Source: Blasia pusilla
Lineage: Eukaryota
Assembly (NCBI GenBank): GCA_050084515.1
Contig: CM114271.1
Span: 4,216,001-4,280,000 of the forward strand
Reading direction: 5' to 3'
Length of the DNA stretch: 64,000 nt
Shown: positions 51,860-64,000 of the stretch, one piece after another
Position numbering within the stretch: position 1 is the first letter of the stretch
How the letters are laid out: every line of letters starts with the position of its first letter
The notes under the pieces: model-generated
Database searches by the model: none
What the model was told of the DNA's origin: nothing
What the model saw: the letters and a program-made list of their open reading frames with translations, nothing else
Translations under genes and position numbers: made by a program

Positions 51860-54079
51860 GTTGATCAGATATGAATGGAGGGTGAGATGTATGAAGACTA
51901 ATGCATGTCCATGTGTAATGCTATCAAGATACATTTTTTATAATAATTATTGACAATGCAATTAGGAAGGGGTAGGTTGATGATTTTGAAGGAATAGTGG
52001 ATGCATATTTTGAGGAAAATATCAAAAGACACATGAAAGTGCCCAAAAAACTCCATTGCAAAAGGGATAAAATCATTAGTTGTATCTTGCATTGCACAAC
52101 TTAACTCCTTGATTCTTGTTGTTGCTTTGACCGCAAATCCTATTATCTATAGAACTTGCGACACAAAGTCAGAATATGTAGGATTTTGGACCATTCCATC
52201 ACCCAATAAATGAAAGCTAAACATGACCTAATCAACTCATTGATGAGAGGTTGCTTATGTTTTTTTTTTACGATAGAACATGTTGTTGCTATGGCCCAAC
52301 TATGCATTTTGAAGCACGAGCCATTGATATTATTGTCTCTTTGATCACATCATGAATCGTTTTTTGTTATCCTTTATGTACATCTTAGAGAATGTGGATA
52401 TCTTTACCATCAGTAGGCTCCCCACATACACCATAAGGTATACTTAAAAAATAGGGAAGAGGAAGTCCAATTGGCATCTGCAATGTTGTTAGGAATATAC
52501 TTTGTAGAGATTCTTTATTGGTTTTATTTAACCTATGATGAGTATTAAGTTTTTGTGGCATTAATTGAGGTTCTTAAGAATCACCAAGATGGAGATGAGA
52601 AAGGGGAAAGAATCTTAACCTCTTTTCATTACAATTTTAAATCAATTTTGAAAGTTCCTCATGAAAAATAAACATACTCATCTAAAAATGGCTATAGGCA
52701 GGGATAAAAAAATCATTTGGTATTTTTTTAATTAATCCAAAATATTTGAAGGATAAAAAGTCATGAATTAAAAGAAAGGAACAAATCATGCTAAAATCAA
52801 GAATGTACTAGGATTCAAGATCGCAAGTGGACAAAGTGTGTGTCTACGGACATATCCAAGTCGGTGGATTGACTTCCATCCTATTAAACGACTTGTTTGT
52901 ATGTGACCCATGATGGTCATCCATTTGCCCCTCCTTGCGCCCCCAACTCGCCCTTGTGTCTTGCGTTTGCATGTTTCTTGCTCACCCCATCCCCACTCCC
53001 TCCCCTCTTGTTTCCGTGCCCCAACTCCTACCATGAGCAATAAGTCCAAACCCCATCTCTTGCAATCCATATTTTCCCATGAGACATGCATAAAGGAGAA
53101 AATAAAAATTAGAAAGAAACGAAATGATCCAAGGATTCAAATTACATAAAAAAGGAAAAATACCACATAAATTAATTAAAAAATGCAAAAAAACTTTATG
53201 ATGAAGAGGGATTACATTAGTTACATCTCCCATAGCCTCAATTTGTCTTGAAAGCCCATTGGCTTAAAGCCTATACTACAACATGGTTATTTAAAGAAAG
53301 GTTGTAGGAGGGTTATGGGAGGTCCCTATCTCATTTTATAGTCCACAATTGTCACCTTGAATGAGAACCCAAAGAAGATGGCTATTCACTCCCTATAGTG
53401 TCGTCATACTTTTTGGTCTATAATAGCCAAGATCATTCATTGGAAAGATACTTGAATTTGAAGGGGTGGAAGAGTTTGTTCTTCAGGTATATGAAAAAAG
53501 ATAATTGATGAAAGAGAATAAGATCCGCATTTCTATGCTACATGAGGAGAAAATGAATTGAAAAAGGTTTTTTCTTGGATCATAATGACACATTGTAAAA
53601 ATTGAATGCTATTATGAGTTTTTTTTTCATGAAATATGAAAGTATCCCTATCGTTCCCTTGCTTGAAAGAAATTTCCCAACATTAAAGCTTTTACTATAG
53701 AAATGACAACTGATTACTTTATTCCACTAATCACCAATGTCAAAGGATATAGATTTGTACAACTTAAGTTCTCATTCTTTAAGAGAAAGTGTACCATTAT
53801 TTTTTTTATTTTTTTTGAATGCATCTTTGATTCTACAATTTATGGATTGAGACCGCCGCAATGTGAGATTGACCTTGATTTCTCTTCACAAAATTGACAT
53901 CTCTATGGAGTTACATAGTTATGTGGGGAGAGATAGAAAAAGGGATTGGTGCAATCAATTGGGGGATAAAACTTCATGCTTGAAGACTTTTATGTAGCTA
54001 AAATCCATGTGAAACTTTGCATAAGCTCTTCTCAACTAGTCCTTGATTATATGGTAGTATACCTTCAATCATGATCCAC

Positions 54080-54653
54080 CAAGGTTGCACACAAATAAGT
54101 TATGTGTTTGCAGACTTATGTTTGTCCCTAGGACACACATTCCCGTGTGAACTAGGATTCTTGTAGGCCTTACCTGGGCCTGCCCTCCCCACAACATAGA
54201 TCAGAGTTTGGCCAACATACATTCAGTATACCGACTTATTGCATGCTCTTGCCACTTATTTTGTAGCTTACACCAAGCCTACGCCTTACATGTAGAGGTA
54301 TGCATTAAGCCCACGCGTGGCCCATATTAGCCTGTGGTAGGTCTGCACAGGGCCAACTCTGGGGATCAGGACCAACAGTTGGCCTACGTAGGGTGCTGCA
54401 GGCCTACCATAGTCCAGCAGGATCCTACATAGACCATAGTCAAAGCAAGTTGGATTCAGTCCAAGCGAGGGCTCATAGCCGGCACACCGGTTCGATCGTG
54501 GTCACCTCCTTTAATTTGAGCTTGCATCCGTTCCTACATCCCAAGCGTGCGAGGGCGATTGAGAAAGCAAAACAACTTGGGTGGAGGATCTATTGGGCAT
54601 GTATGTGGAATGTCTGTCAATGGGATGAACAAATATGTTTCCATGCAACCTTG
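54080..54653. mobile_element. hAT-type MITE
   Basis: Perfect TIR CAAGGTTGCA/TGCAACCTTG; 8-bp TSD TGATCCAC. Confidence 0.88.
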
Positions 54654-56568
54654 TGATCCACTCTTACTTTGAATTTTGGATCATTCATATACAAAAAATT
54701 CTATGTAGAAGTCATCATAGGGCTCCTAACTCTAACCAATGATCCTATAAAAAGAGATGGTAGTCAACATTTTATGATCCCAATAAAACTCCTTTTCAAA
54801 TAACACAATTAAGACATTGAGTTTGTACTCTCAACCTCATGGTGTTCGGATACCACTATCGAGACCACCATAGTTAGATATGTATAAAGTTTATTTTCAA
54901 TTAAATCAAAGGAATCCATCTATGAACATTATGAAGTGGATTCATAATTATAATTTGTAGACCAATCAAATAAGTTAAATAAGGTTATGAAATTAGAGAC
55001 CTAAATTTGAGAAGGATCATAAACTAGCTCTATAAGTTTAATGGCCCAAGAATCTTGTATGAAAAATCAATGGAAAATCCTAAGAAGAATAAAAAGAACT
55101 TTTTTGTGAAAGTAGGTAATATTTTTTAATGAGTAAATTTTGACGTCTCAATGATCAAAATTAATAGAACTAACTCGTATTTTGGTGTTGGACAATGGAT
55201 TGAACTAGAGGGATCCTCTCTAGACCTCCAGAGAGGCTCCATATGTTTTCATCGTCCTTGGTCCTTGTTTATATGTCCTCTCCTTCTTGACCATACGCTC
55301 TGTTTATATAGGAATGGAGAGCATTGGAGGAGGTTCGATCAATTCCCCCCTCTTTTACCCTAGCCCATCACTATGTCGTCTTGAAATTATTCCATCTCTC
55401 CTTCCCTCTCCTATTCAATTTTTTTTCTTTTGAAACCCTCCACTTTTGAAGAGGCATCTTTTTCTTTCTACCCCTCCCCTTATTGAACATTAAAAAATAC
55501 TACTTGCAAAACCCTCCATTTTTCTCTTTTCCTCCCATATTGAAAATTAATTGATTTACTCATATAATAAAATAGAACACTTGAATTATTTTTTTAATGG
55601 ATTCCTCCCTCGTTGAAATTTAAGGAAAATTTATCCTCTCCTACATGAAATTCCATCTTATCTCCTCCTCTTTTACACTGAAGGTAATACACTTTTAATA
55701 GAATCCTTCCCAATTGAAAATTAATATCTTTCACTCTTCGTCTCCCATATTGAAAAAGGAACCATCAGGAAAAACTATACGGTTAAGTCCTCCCTTATTA
55801 AAACAAAGATTTCTTTCTTTCCACTTTTTGTTTTTCTCTCCCCATCCTTTAAGAAAAATCAACAACTTCTTGATGAATTAGTTTTGAATTCTAGTATAGT
55901 TGGCTTGAGAAGAAATTTTAATATGATGAATGCTTAGAAAAACAACACCTCATAATGAATTAAGTCTAAAGCATAATACACATGACATTAGAATAAAGTT
56001 TAACACTTGACAAAGGGTAATATAAAATTTTATGCTAAACTTTGTTCTAAGCTAAAGTGTTACCCAGAAGGGTAACGCTTTGTCATATGGTAAAGGGTAA
56101 GCCAAGACAATAAGATAAAATTTAACATAAATAAAAAAGATGCATGGCATTCGTAGAATATTTTTTTTATCACTACTAACTTTGAGAATAATGTTGATAA
56201 GACTAGTTATGTAATCGTGATTTATATGTCTACAAATCAAGAAAAGTGCTACAATAGAAGTTGGGAAGTTATGAATCTTCCTCGTATGTAGTATTGCATT
56301 CTTCTTATGTAAGTAATTGTAAAACTCTTAAGAATTATTTTTGGGGGTTGTGAAAGAATTTTTTTACTTAATATTACAATGTATCAAAATTCATTGTCAC
56401 AAGAGTTAAAGACAAGGATTTTGCATAAGGACTTGTGCACACAAATCTCAAAATAAACATGATTTTCATGCCTATAATTTCATGTAGTCATCTTATATTT
56501 CTTTATTTTTGTAACCTTAAAATATGTATGTAGTGTATTAGGTTGGAAAAATGAGGTTAGGTCATAGA

Positions 56569-56721
56569 CAAGATTGCACGGAAACAAACAAGTCCGGACA
56601 TGCCGCTTGGGTACGCGCGGCCCGCATGGACATGTCCGTCCCTAGGAGGGACATACGTCCACAAGCATGGACATGTTCGCGGACACGGAAAAAGCACGGA
56701 CTTTGTCCATGTGCAACCTTG
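56569..56721. mobile_element. hAT-type MITE (153 bp)
   Basis: CAAGATTGCA ... TGCAACCTTG; 8-bp TSD GTCATAGA. Confidence 0.88.
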
Positions 56722-58328
56722 GTCATAGAGTAGTGGAGAAAATCCGAGCTCAACTAGAAGACTTTGGATTAGGTAGAAACTCTTGGAAGTTGAGAAGGAG
56801 CCTCATGAAACCATAATCAAAACATGACTTGGAAAATGACTTAGAAGCAAGAAAATCCTGGAGATTTCAACGAAACCCGAAGAAAGAACGAGGTTGGGAG
56901 AGGCTTAGCTTTCATAACCTAATCACACTATGTCTTGCAAGAACAAGCAAGGCTTATTTTAGAGCTTTTGGAGTAGTCGAGTTGGAATGTGTCTTCCAAA
57001 AATGACAGGCTAAACCTCTAAGTTTCATAAAATCTTAATTTGAACATGACACATGAGTTTTAGTTTGGAGTAGGTCATGGGATTTTTTGTTTTTTAGAAA
57101 ATTTATGGTATTTTTTTTATATGAGCTCGGTTTTTTCTAAAACAAAGGTGGTTGACCTTGGTTTAGTTTGGTTGGTGAGTTTTGAAATTTGAGGTAAAAC
57201 TCTACTCTAAACTTTGGTGTCCAATTCACTTTCTAATTGTAAAATATTTATCCCTTTTATTTCCTAGAAAATTGAAAATCCAAATACCCTATTTTCAGAA
57301 AATTTTCTTCTCGTAAATGTCTTTTTTGTAACGGCCAATTTCCGTCCTTATTCAAATATGTATCACCCAATTCTAACTCCTTCCCTCTACCTTACAAGCC
57401 AATACTATCTCCTCCCTTATAGATACCTCTCGAATAGTACCTATACACAAGATTCTAGATGGATCCTTGACATGAGTTGAACTTTGCCATCCCTCCCTTT
57501 GAGTTGGGAGGCAAGGACAATGCCCACTTTACAACACTTGGAGCTCTAAAGCCTTAAAGCATTCCAAAGGGGCTCTAAGATGTAGAAGTGAAACTTAGAG
57601 ATCAAGATGACAAGTCATGAAATAACACAATTGATTCACCTTCTACTTGAGGAGAAATGTATCAATCTGAATTAACATTCAATTCAAGTATATGGCATTT
57701 TCCACAAAACTAAACATTTTGCAAACATGTCCTCATAGTCAATTACAACTTTTTCCAAGTCAATCCTCAGATATATACCTAGATATTCAATGCTGAATCT
57801 ATTCGAAGACTTACTTTTTAATAGTTTTTGAATTAAGAATGCTCTCTCATATATGGTAGTGATAACATATTAGACACTTGCAACATTAGCCAAAACAAGC
57901 AAGTTTGAAAATATATATTGTAAATATAGACTTGAGCTTACTGTTATCCACAAAACCCTGAAGTCACAATCTTTCCACACACTGGTAGCTATTAACTTGA
58001 AGGAGTGGAATGCTTGCTTGGCAACATCAAGATATATGCTAGATGGTTGGAAATGCGCCTTTAACGGTAGCTCACTTCTCAAATTTCTATATAATTATTC
58101 CAAATCTTTACTTCCCAAAATATTTAATCCTATTTTTCGAGAAGGCATGGCAAGGGGTTTATTGTACCAATAAGATTGTTATCCTTAAATGATGTTGCAA
58201 GGTTGAATAAATATTTTTAACATGTCTCTTTTTATATAATAGAGTAGGTACCAAATGCATGCATGTGCGGTCCCTCAACAGCTATATGCTATGAAACTTA
58301 TTATTCCTAATCTTAGATTGCAAACGTC

Positions 58329-58644
58329 CATGGTTGCACAAAAATGGACAAGTTTTTCTGAGAGACAGACAACATGGACAAGTTTCAAAAGATGGGGCCC
58401 ACACTTATAATTCATGATGGAGGGCAAAGCAAGGGTGGACGGGGCAATAAGCGGGGGAGGGAGTGGAGGTGGGAGGAGGAAGAAACAAGAAAGTGCGGAT
58501 CATAAAAGCAAGTGTGGGGGATGAGAAAGAAGGGAGAGATGGGGCCCATATGGACAAGTCCTTCAGACTCCTTCTATAGGACGGACGTAAGTCCACGGAC
58601 ACAAACATGTCTACGAACACGGACTTTGTACATATGCAACCTTG
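58329..58644. mobile_element. hAT-type MITE
   Basis: CATGGTTGCA ... TGCAACCTTG; 8-bp TSD CAAACGTC. Confidence 0.88.
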
Positions 58645-58749
58645 CAAACGTCTAAGATACCCATCAAGATGTCCAAATTCTAGTGGAATATGATAAGTTG
58701 TGTCATAGAATATGAAATTTTAAATGCATTCAAATAATGAGTTTCCATA

Positions 58750-59900
58750 GCAAAATTTCACGGTAATAGAAGAAAACTCAAAATTAATAAAGCTACAAAT
58801 AGTCCTAACAACCACAATCTTGCATCAAAAGATCTTGCTTAAAATTGCAACTATGGAAAGAATATCAGCCAAGTATAAATGAGAGATCGTTTAGAAAGAT
58901 CTTAACTTGATATATAAATTTGCAACATTCCTATCATCTTTTGAAGAGGCAATATCCTTGAGGTATATCAACAAAGATTTACATAAAGTAGATACAACTT
59001 GCTAATTCAATAATCATTGTATCTTATGATATCTCCTTATAATTGGTCGAAAGTCATTTAACTCTCAAAGATGCTACGATACTTGAATAACTTCTTATTT
59101 AAAGACTTTTTGAACTAACATGCTAAACATTGAGAATAGAGTCTACTTATGTGGAAGTTGATTTATAATCAAATGCTTTCGCAATTGTTAAAGCTCCAAC
59201 ATTAATCGTCTATGTAACACATTGTATTCAAAGGATTAAAAAAAAAAACATGTTGCTTTAATTTTTGAAGATATCCTAGTCTTGCTCCCTACCATTGTAG
59301 AGACACCATCAAAACCAAAATCTACCGTTCTAGAATAATTTAGCCATCCACTTTTGATGAATTTCATTGATATATCAATGATAACATTAGTGCATGTAGA
59401 TTCAGAACGGAGCATTCTTAGAAAGCAAGAATGTATTTGACCCTCCTCTATGAATGTTGTCAACTCAACCAAATGTCCAAGTACTGATATATCAATGAAT
59501 TTGTCAACACGAGTTTTGAAGAGCAAAGAAGCTTGAATCTAGCAAGAGTCTTTTTCCACAAAATATGGCTAATGAAGAAATTCATTTTACTACAACTCTT
59601 CTTATCTTGATAAAGGTCTATGATAATAGGTGTATTCACTTAAAACATCAACATACAAAGATCCTTGAATTTCGAGAAAGGCATGGCCTCCTTTGCGAGG
59701 AAGTATGCACACCTAAATATAGTGAGAAGAGCTACATAACAAGTTTGATTAGATGCAATAATGGCCTTAGCCATAGATTGTTTTTGCTCCCAAGAGAGCT
59801 TAATGTGCTATATGGCCTTTGTACGATCGGTAAATGCCAAAACCTTACAATTGATAAAAGCATTTCTAGCAAAGACACTTTTGACATTACAATGGATCTG
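58750..59900 (-). pseudogene. Degenerate hAT-like transposase remnant
   Basis: ORF 59236-59526 has VDKFIDIS and GFDGVSTMVG, resembling hAT (ZNF862-like) D-E-S-T-D and DGAxxMxG motifs; heavily disrupted, limits approximate. Confidence 0.55.
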
Positions 59901-59984
59901 TGAATTTCACTCTATGTACAGCAGCGCGCGGAGGTAGCGCCCAACCGCCGCTGAGAACCAGACCTGGCGGATCCTCAGTGGGTT

Positions 59985-61890
59985 TTGCTGTGCAGAGCGC
60001 CGCCCCTAGGTTTTGGCGGAAACACGGCGGCAAGAAGCAAGTCAAGCTCGCCCGGACCTAGGAAAAGGCCCAACCAGGGAGCAAGACCTAGTAGGCCAGC
60101 GGATCTACCGGTCGTGTCTGAGGCTCGCCGCTCTTTTCAGTGTGGGCAGCTGGGACACTTCGCCAAAGAGTGTCCCCATGCCACAATGTTCTTCGCGGAT
60201 GCAGAGCCGCCAACTCAACCGAGAATGGCGAGTGAGGGGACCAGGCTAGCCGCGAGAGCCGCTGACGTGAGCAGAGGTAAGCCCAAAGTCCTTGAAACTT
60301 CGAATCGTTATTTGCCTTGGGTGCGTGTTTTCATTAAGGGTGAAGCCATGTATTTCTTGTAAGATACTGGCCCGAACAAGAACATTCTAAATCGTTCAGT
60401 TAGTGCCAAGTTGGGTCTTAGTGTCACCAAGATAGTGTAGCCCATGACAGTTCGATTCGCCCAAGGGTCAACCCAAGTAGATCACAAGTGTTTGTCTGTT
60501 CCGTTGAAAATTGGAAACATGGAACGCAGATATGGCTTTTTGCTTATGGACTTGCCTCAATTGTTTCTTGGAATTCTATCGTAGAATTGGTTGCGAGAGT
60601 TTGAAGCCATAGTGAACGTGTATGAAGGTTATCTAGCCGTGTTTGACAAGTTCAGACATTGGGAAAAGGTTCCCTTGCTACACCCACCCAAACCCGGCGA
60701 AGACACTCAGCTATTAGCTCTTCGGTTCAGCGAAGCACGGGTGGCGCATCAATCCTATTCAGCTGGACAGTTTGACAAACTGCTCAAAACCTCGGACGAG
60801 GCGTGGGCAGTTCTGATGTTGCACACCTCCATGGAACCTGAAACCAGAAGATGCACCGATCCACAAACAGATGCAAGACTTGTTAGACGAGTACTCGAGT
60901 ACTCAGACATCATGTTGAGTGCACTTCCCGCTGAACTACCACCCCCATGTGCACTCGATCATAAAATCGACATACAACCAGACGCAAATATCCCCAGCAT
61001 GGGGCGGGGTTGGCGTTTGACATGCACGGAGATGGAAGAGTTGAAGACATAACTCATTGAACTCCTGAATAAGAACCATATTCCCCCAAGCATGTCGCCT
61101 TACGCCGTGCCAATCATGTTTGTCGCCAAGAAGGACGAGACTCTTCGAATGTGCGGAGATTACCGAGCCCTCAACAAAGTCACCGTTAAAAACAAATATC
61201 CCCTCCCGCTGATGGACGAGACCTTGGATCGGCTCGCCACGGGGAGAATCTTTACCAAACTCGATCTCAGATCTGGTTATCACCAGATCCGAATCGCTGA
61301 AGGCGATGAGTTCAAAACCGTGATTAGAACACGCTGTGGACTTTACGAGTACGTGGTGCTGCCATTTACTTTGACAAATGCTCCCGCCACATTCTGCACG
61401 CTCATGAATGATTTATTTCGTGACTTGTTAGATGTTTGCGTGATTGTTTACATGGATGATATTATCGTGTTCTCCCCTACTTGGGAGCAACACTTGGTCA
61501 ACGTCAAAGAGGTTTTGAAATGCCTTAGGCGTGAGAAATTGTACGTCAAAGAAGAGCAAATGCTCCTTCGTCCAGCAAAGTGTGGTGTTTCTGGAGTGTT
61601 TGATACACCAGGACGGCGTTCACCCGAACCACGCCAAGGTCTTGGCTCTGGTCGAATGGCCGAGACCCAACAACCTCGCTGAGTTGCGAGTGTTTGGCGA
61701 CATATTTTCGGAAACATGTGCATATGTTTGCCAAGGTTTCCGGTCCGCTCCATGAGTTAACCAGGAAGAATGCAGCGTTTCATTGGGAACCCAAACAGGA
61801 ACAAGTGTTTATGTCATTGAAACAGATCTGAGCACCAAGCATATGTTGGCGCTACCCAAACTCGGTGAACCGTTTGAGATTCACACGGAT
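59985..61890 (+). pseudogene. Truncated Ty3/gypsy gag-pol fragment of a third, conventional (chromovirus-like) family
   Basis: Knuckle QCGQLGHFAKEC; protease L*DTG (~60360); [40 protein letters not shown]; ends at RNase H EIHTD. No DNMT between PR and RT. Confidence 0.88.
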
Positions 61891-62669
61891 GGGGGGCTGG
61901 TATTCTGGCAGGAGAGAGTAAGAGAGGAGAGGAAGAGAGGAGAGTCTCTCTTAAAAAAAAAAGGGCCAAATCCTTACACTCTCTTCAAAACTTTCATCAA
62001 TTTTTTAGGTTTATCCCCTACTTCAAATGCAAGAAATCTTTTAAAGAGAGTAAGAAGTGCACCACTTTGGGGGAAAAAGTAACCACATTTTTTCAGACCA
62101 AGATGTGAAGATGGAAATATTATCGTCAACAATTAGTCATGAAAGTGCAAGAGTGTTTTGCTTCTCCCTCTTGCTAGAGAGACCAATCTCCCATCATCAA
62201 CGAATTTATAGGTGGAATTTGGGTATTTTAGGGAAAAACAAGGAAAGTAAAAGTAAAAGTAAAGATGATTTGTGGCAACATACTGGACCAAATTATGATA
62301 GGTCGCCAACTCAGATGAGTTGGCATTTCTTCGCAGAGTGCAAATAGTTGCTTCTTCTTCCCCTGGAATGGAAGAATGTTTCTTCCACTCTGCCAAACGG
62401 CTCTACCACTCGCCCCTGAAAGCCTCACTAGATTTCGGATTAAGTTACCAATTCTCGAGCAAAGCTTCATAAGGGTCTTTCTCAATGTCGGGGACTTTTC
62501 CCTCCCTCGAAGCACAGATCCATGAAATATCCTAGGGGCATATTTTAGACCTTTTCTCATATGAGTTAGTGGCCTATACTCTGACGGGTTGGACGGACAT
62601 TTGTTCAGAAACCTCTGTTCGTAACAGCTGGCGGCCCTCAATAGCACTCCTCCACAGGCTTCCTCTAAA

Positions 62670-63585
62670 CATGCAACCCGTCGGAAATCGACATGTTGCG
62701 ACTACTTTCAATCGTTCGGACCTGGAAACAATAAAAGAACAGGGCTCAGAAGGAAACCTCCAGTGGCTGCCTGCAGACAAGCAACCCATCGGAAACCGAC
62801 GTGTTGCAATTGCAAGCAATCGTTTGGACCTGCAACCAGCCACTAATCCGGACCGTGGAGAATGTTGGATTCTGAGAGGTTGCATGACAGGAAAAGGATT
62901 CATGAGGGTTAAACTGCTATGCAGACCTATCATGTTCAATAAAGTTTTTACGCATGACATAAACTAGGTGCGAAAAAAGTTATAGAGGGAAGGATCCCAA
63001 AACTTCACAATAGTCAGTTTAGACATGCAACTTATCCAAATTCGACTGGTTGAATCACATCAAGAAATAAAAAGGTTGAAAAGGTTTCACAAGCTGCACT
63101 GAAAAATGCAACCTATCCGAATCCGACGGGTTGTAGGACACGTCAAGATAAGTTGTGTCTATCTTCCTGTCGCAAATATCGCAAGACCCAAGAATTTCTA
63201 CATACATCTTCAATCATCAACTTCCATTCTCGGCTTGCAACCCGTCAGAATCCGGCAGGTTGGAAGATGGAAAAAAATGACAATCTAAAGGAGACACCAA
63301 AACGCGGACCTTTCAAGTCAATCAGAATCAGTTTGCAACTTCTTGTAATTCGACATGTCGCAAACTTAGTTTCTCGTTTGCAACCCGTCGGGTTGCAAAC
63401 CTTGTCCAATGTAACTTGTCGGAATCTGAGAAATTCCAAACTCGGTCCATGGTCCCTCATTTGCAACCCGTCGGAAACCAACAGGTTGCAAATTGGGGCT
63501 ATGGTTCGCAACCACATCGTAATCCGACGGTCTGCACAATTTTTCTCTGGTTTGCAACCCATCGAAATCCGACGGGTTGCAAAAT
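62670..63585. repeat. Array of about 11 imperfect ~29-bp palindromes (consensus TGCAACCCGTCGGAATCCGACGGGTTGCA)
   Basis: Copies near 62672, 62781, 63026, 63107, 63235, 63332, 63378, 63410, 63461, 63507 and 63552, with irregular spacing. Confidence 0.8.
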
Positions 63586-64000
63586 AAACAACATCGAGTA
63601 GATAGATGAACACAATCCAATTATACATTGTGTATCAAATATCCTTCCAAGATACACATTTTTTTTTGGATGTATGGATACATTTTTAATGTACTGCGGT
63701 CTTCTCTATTGTCAAATGACCCCATCAAGGTTATAACCCTTCTTACATACTAGCTCATTCATGGTTCTTTATCGTTTGGCCATACCTACAAATAGAAGAG
63801 GTACAATGTGGATAAAAGGTATTCACAAGTAATTAGATCAAAATCTAGAAGAGCCTTTTATGGTTTACAGATGTCAATAGAGTGGAGAAATCATAATCAC
63901 TCGAGGTAATTTGATCTCCCTGCAAGAGGATCTTACAAAAATCTTCCCAAGAACATCAAATTAGAACTAACCTTAGGGCATAACTATTCCACATAACACA

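Noticed and set aside
62670-63585. CRISPR array of palindromic repeats
   Set aside because: Repeats are degenerate, spacer lengths are very irregular, and no cas genes are present.

Overview
Eukaryotic, intron-containing plant DNA, probably a non-seed land plant (inferred; the species cannot be determined). The left ~18 kb is genic: the 3' part of a purple acid phosphatase gene (+) and an XRI1-family gene (-). The rest is AT-rich and packed with transposons. The main result is two diverged, independently inserted Ty3/gypsy-type retroelements (22184-32961 +, 38450-48283 -) that share an unusual design. (1) A DNMT3-like C5 cytosine methyltransferase lies between protease and RT. (2) A PHD finger ends the DDE integrase. 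(3) Instead of two LTRs they have split direct repeats, B-internal-PPT-A-NN-B-A, bounded by exact 4-bp target-site duplications, with an internal CA-NN-TG end-to-end junction. (4) They lack a tRNA primer-binding site and instead have a Tf1-like self-complementary one. Both copies are decayed by stops and frameshifts. Also present: a nested solo LTR, a hAT MITE family with 8-bp TSDs, non-autonomous Helitrons, a hAT transposase remnant, a third gypsy fragment, a (CT)n-linked minisatellite and an array of ~29-bp palindromes.
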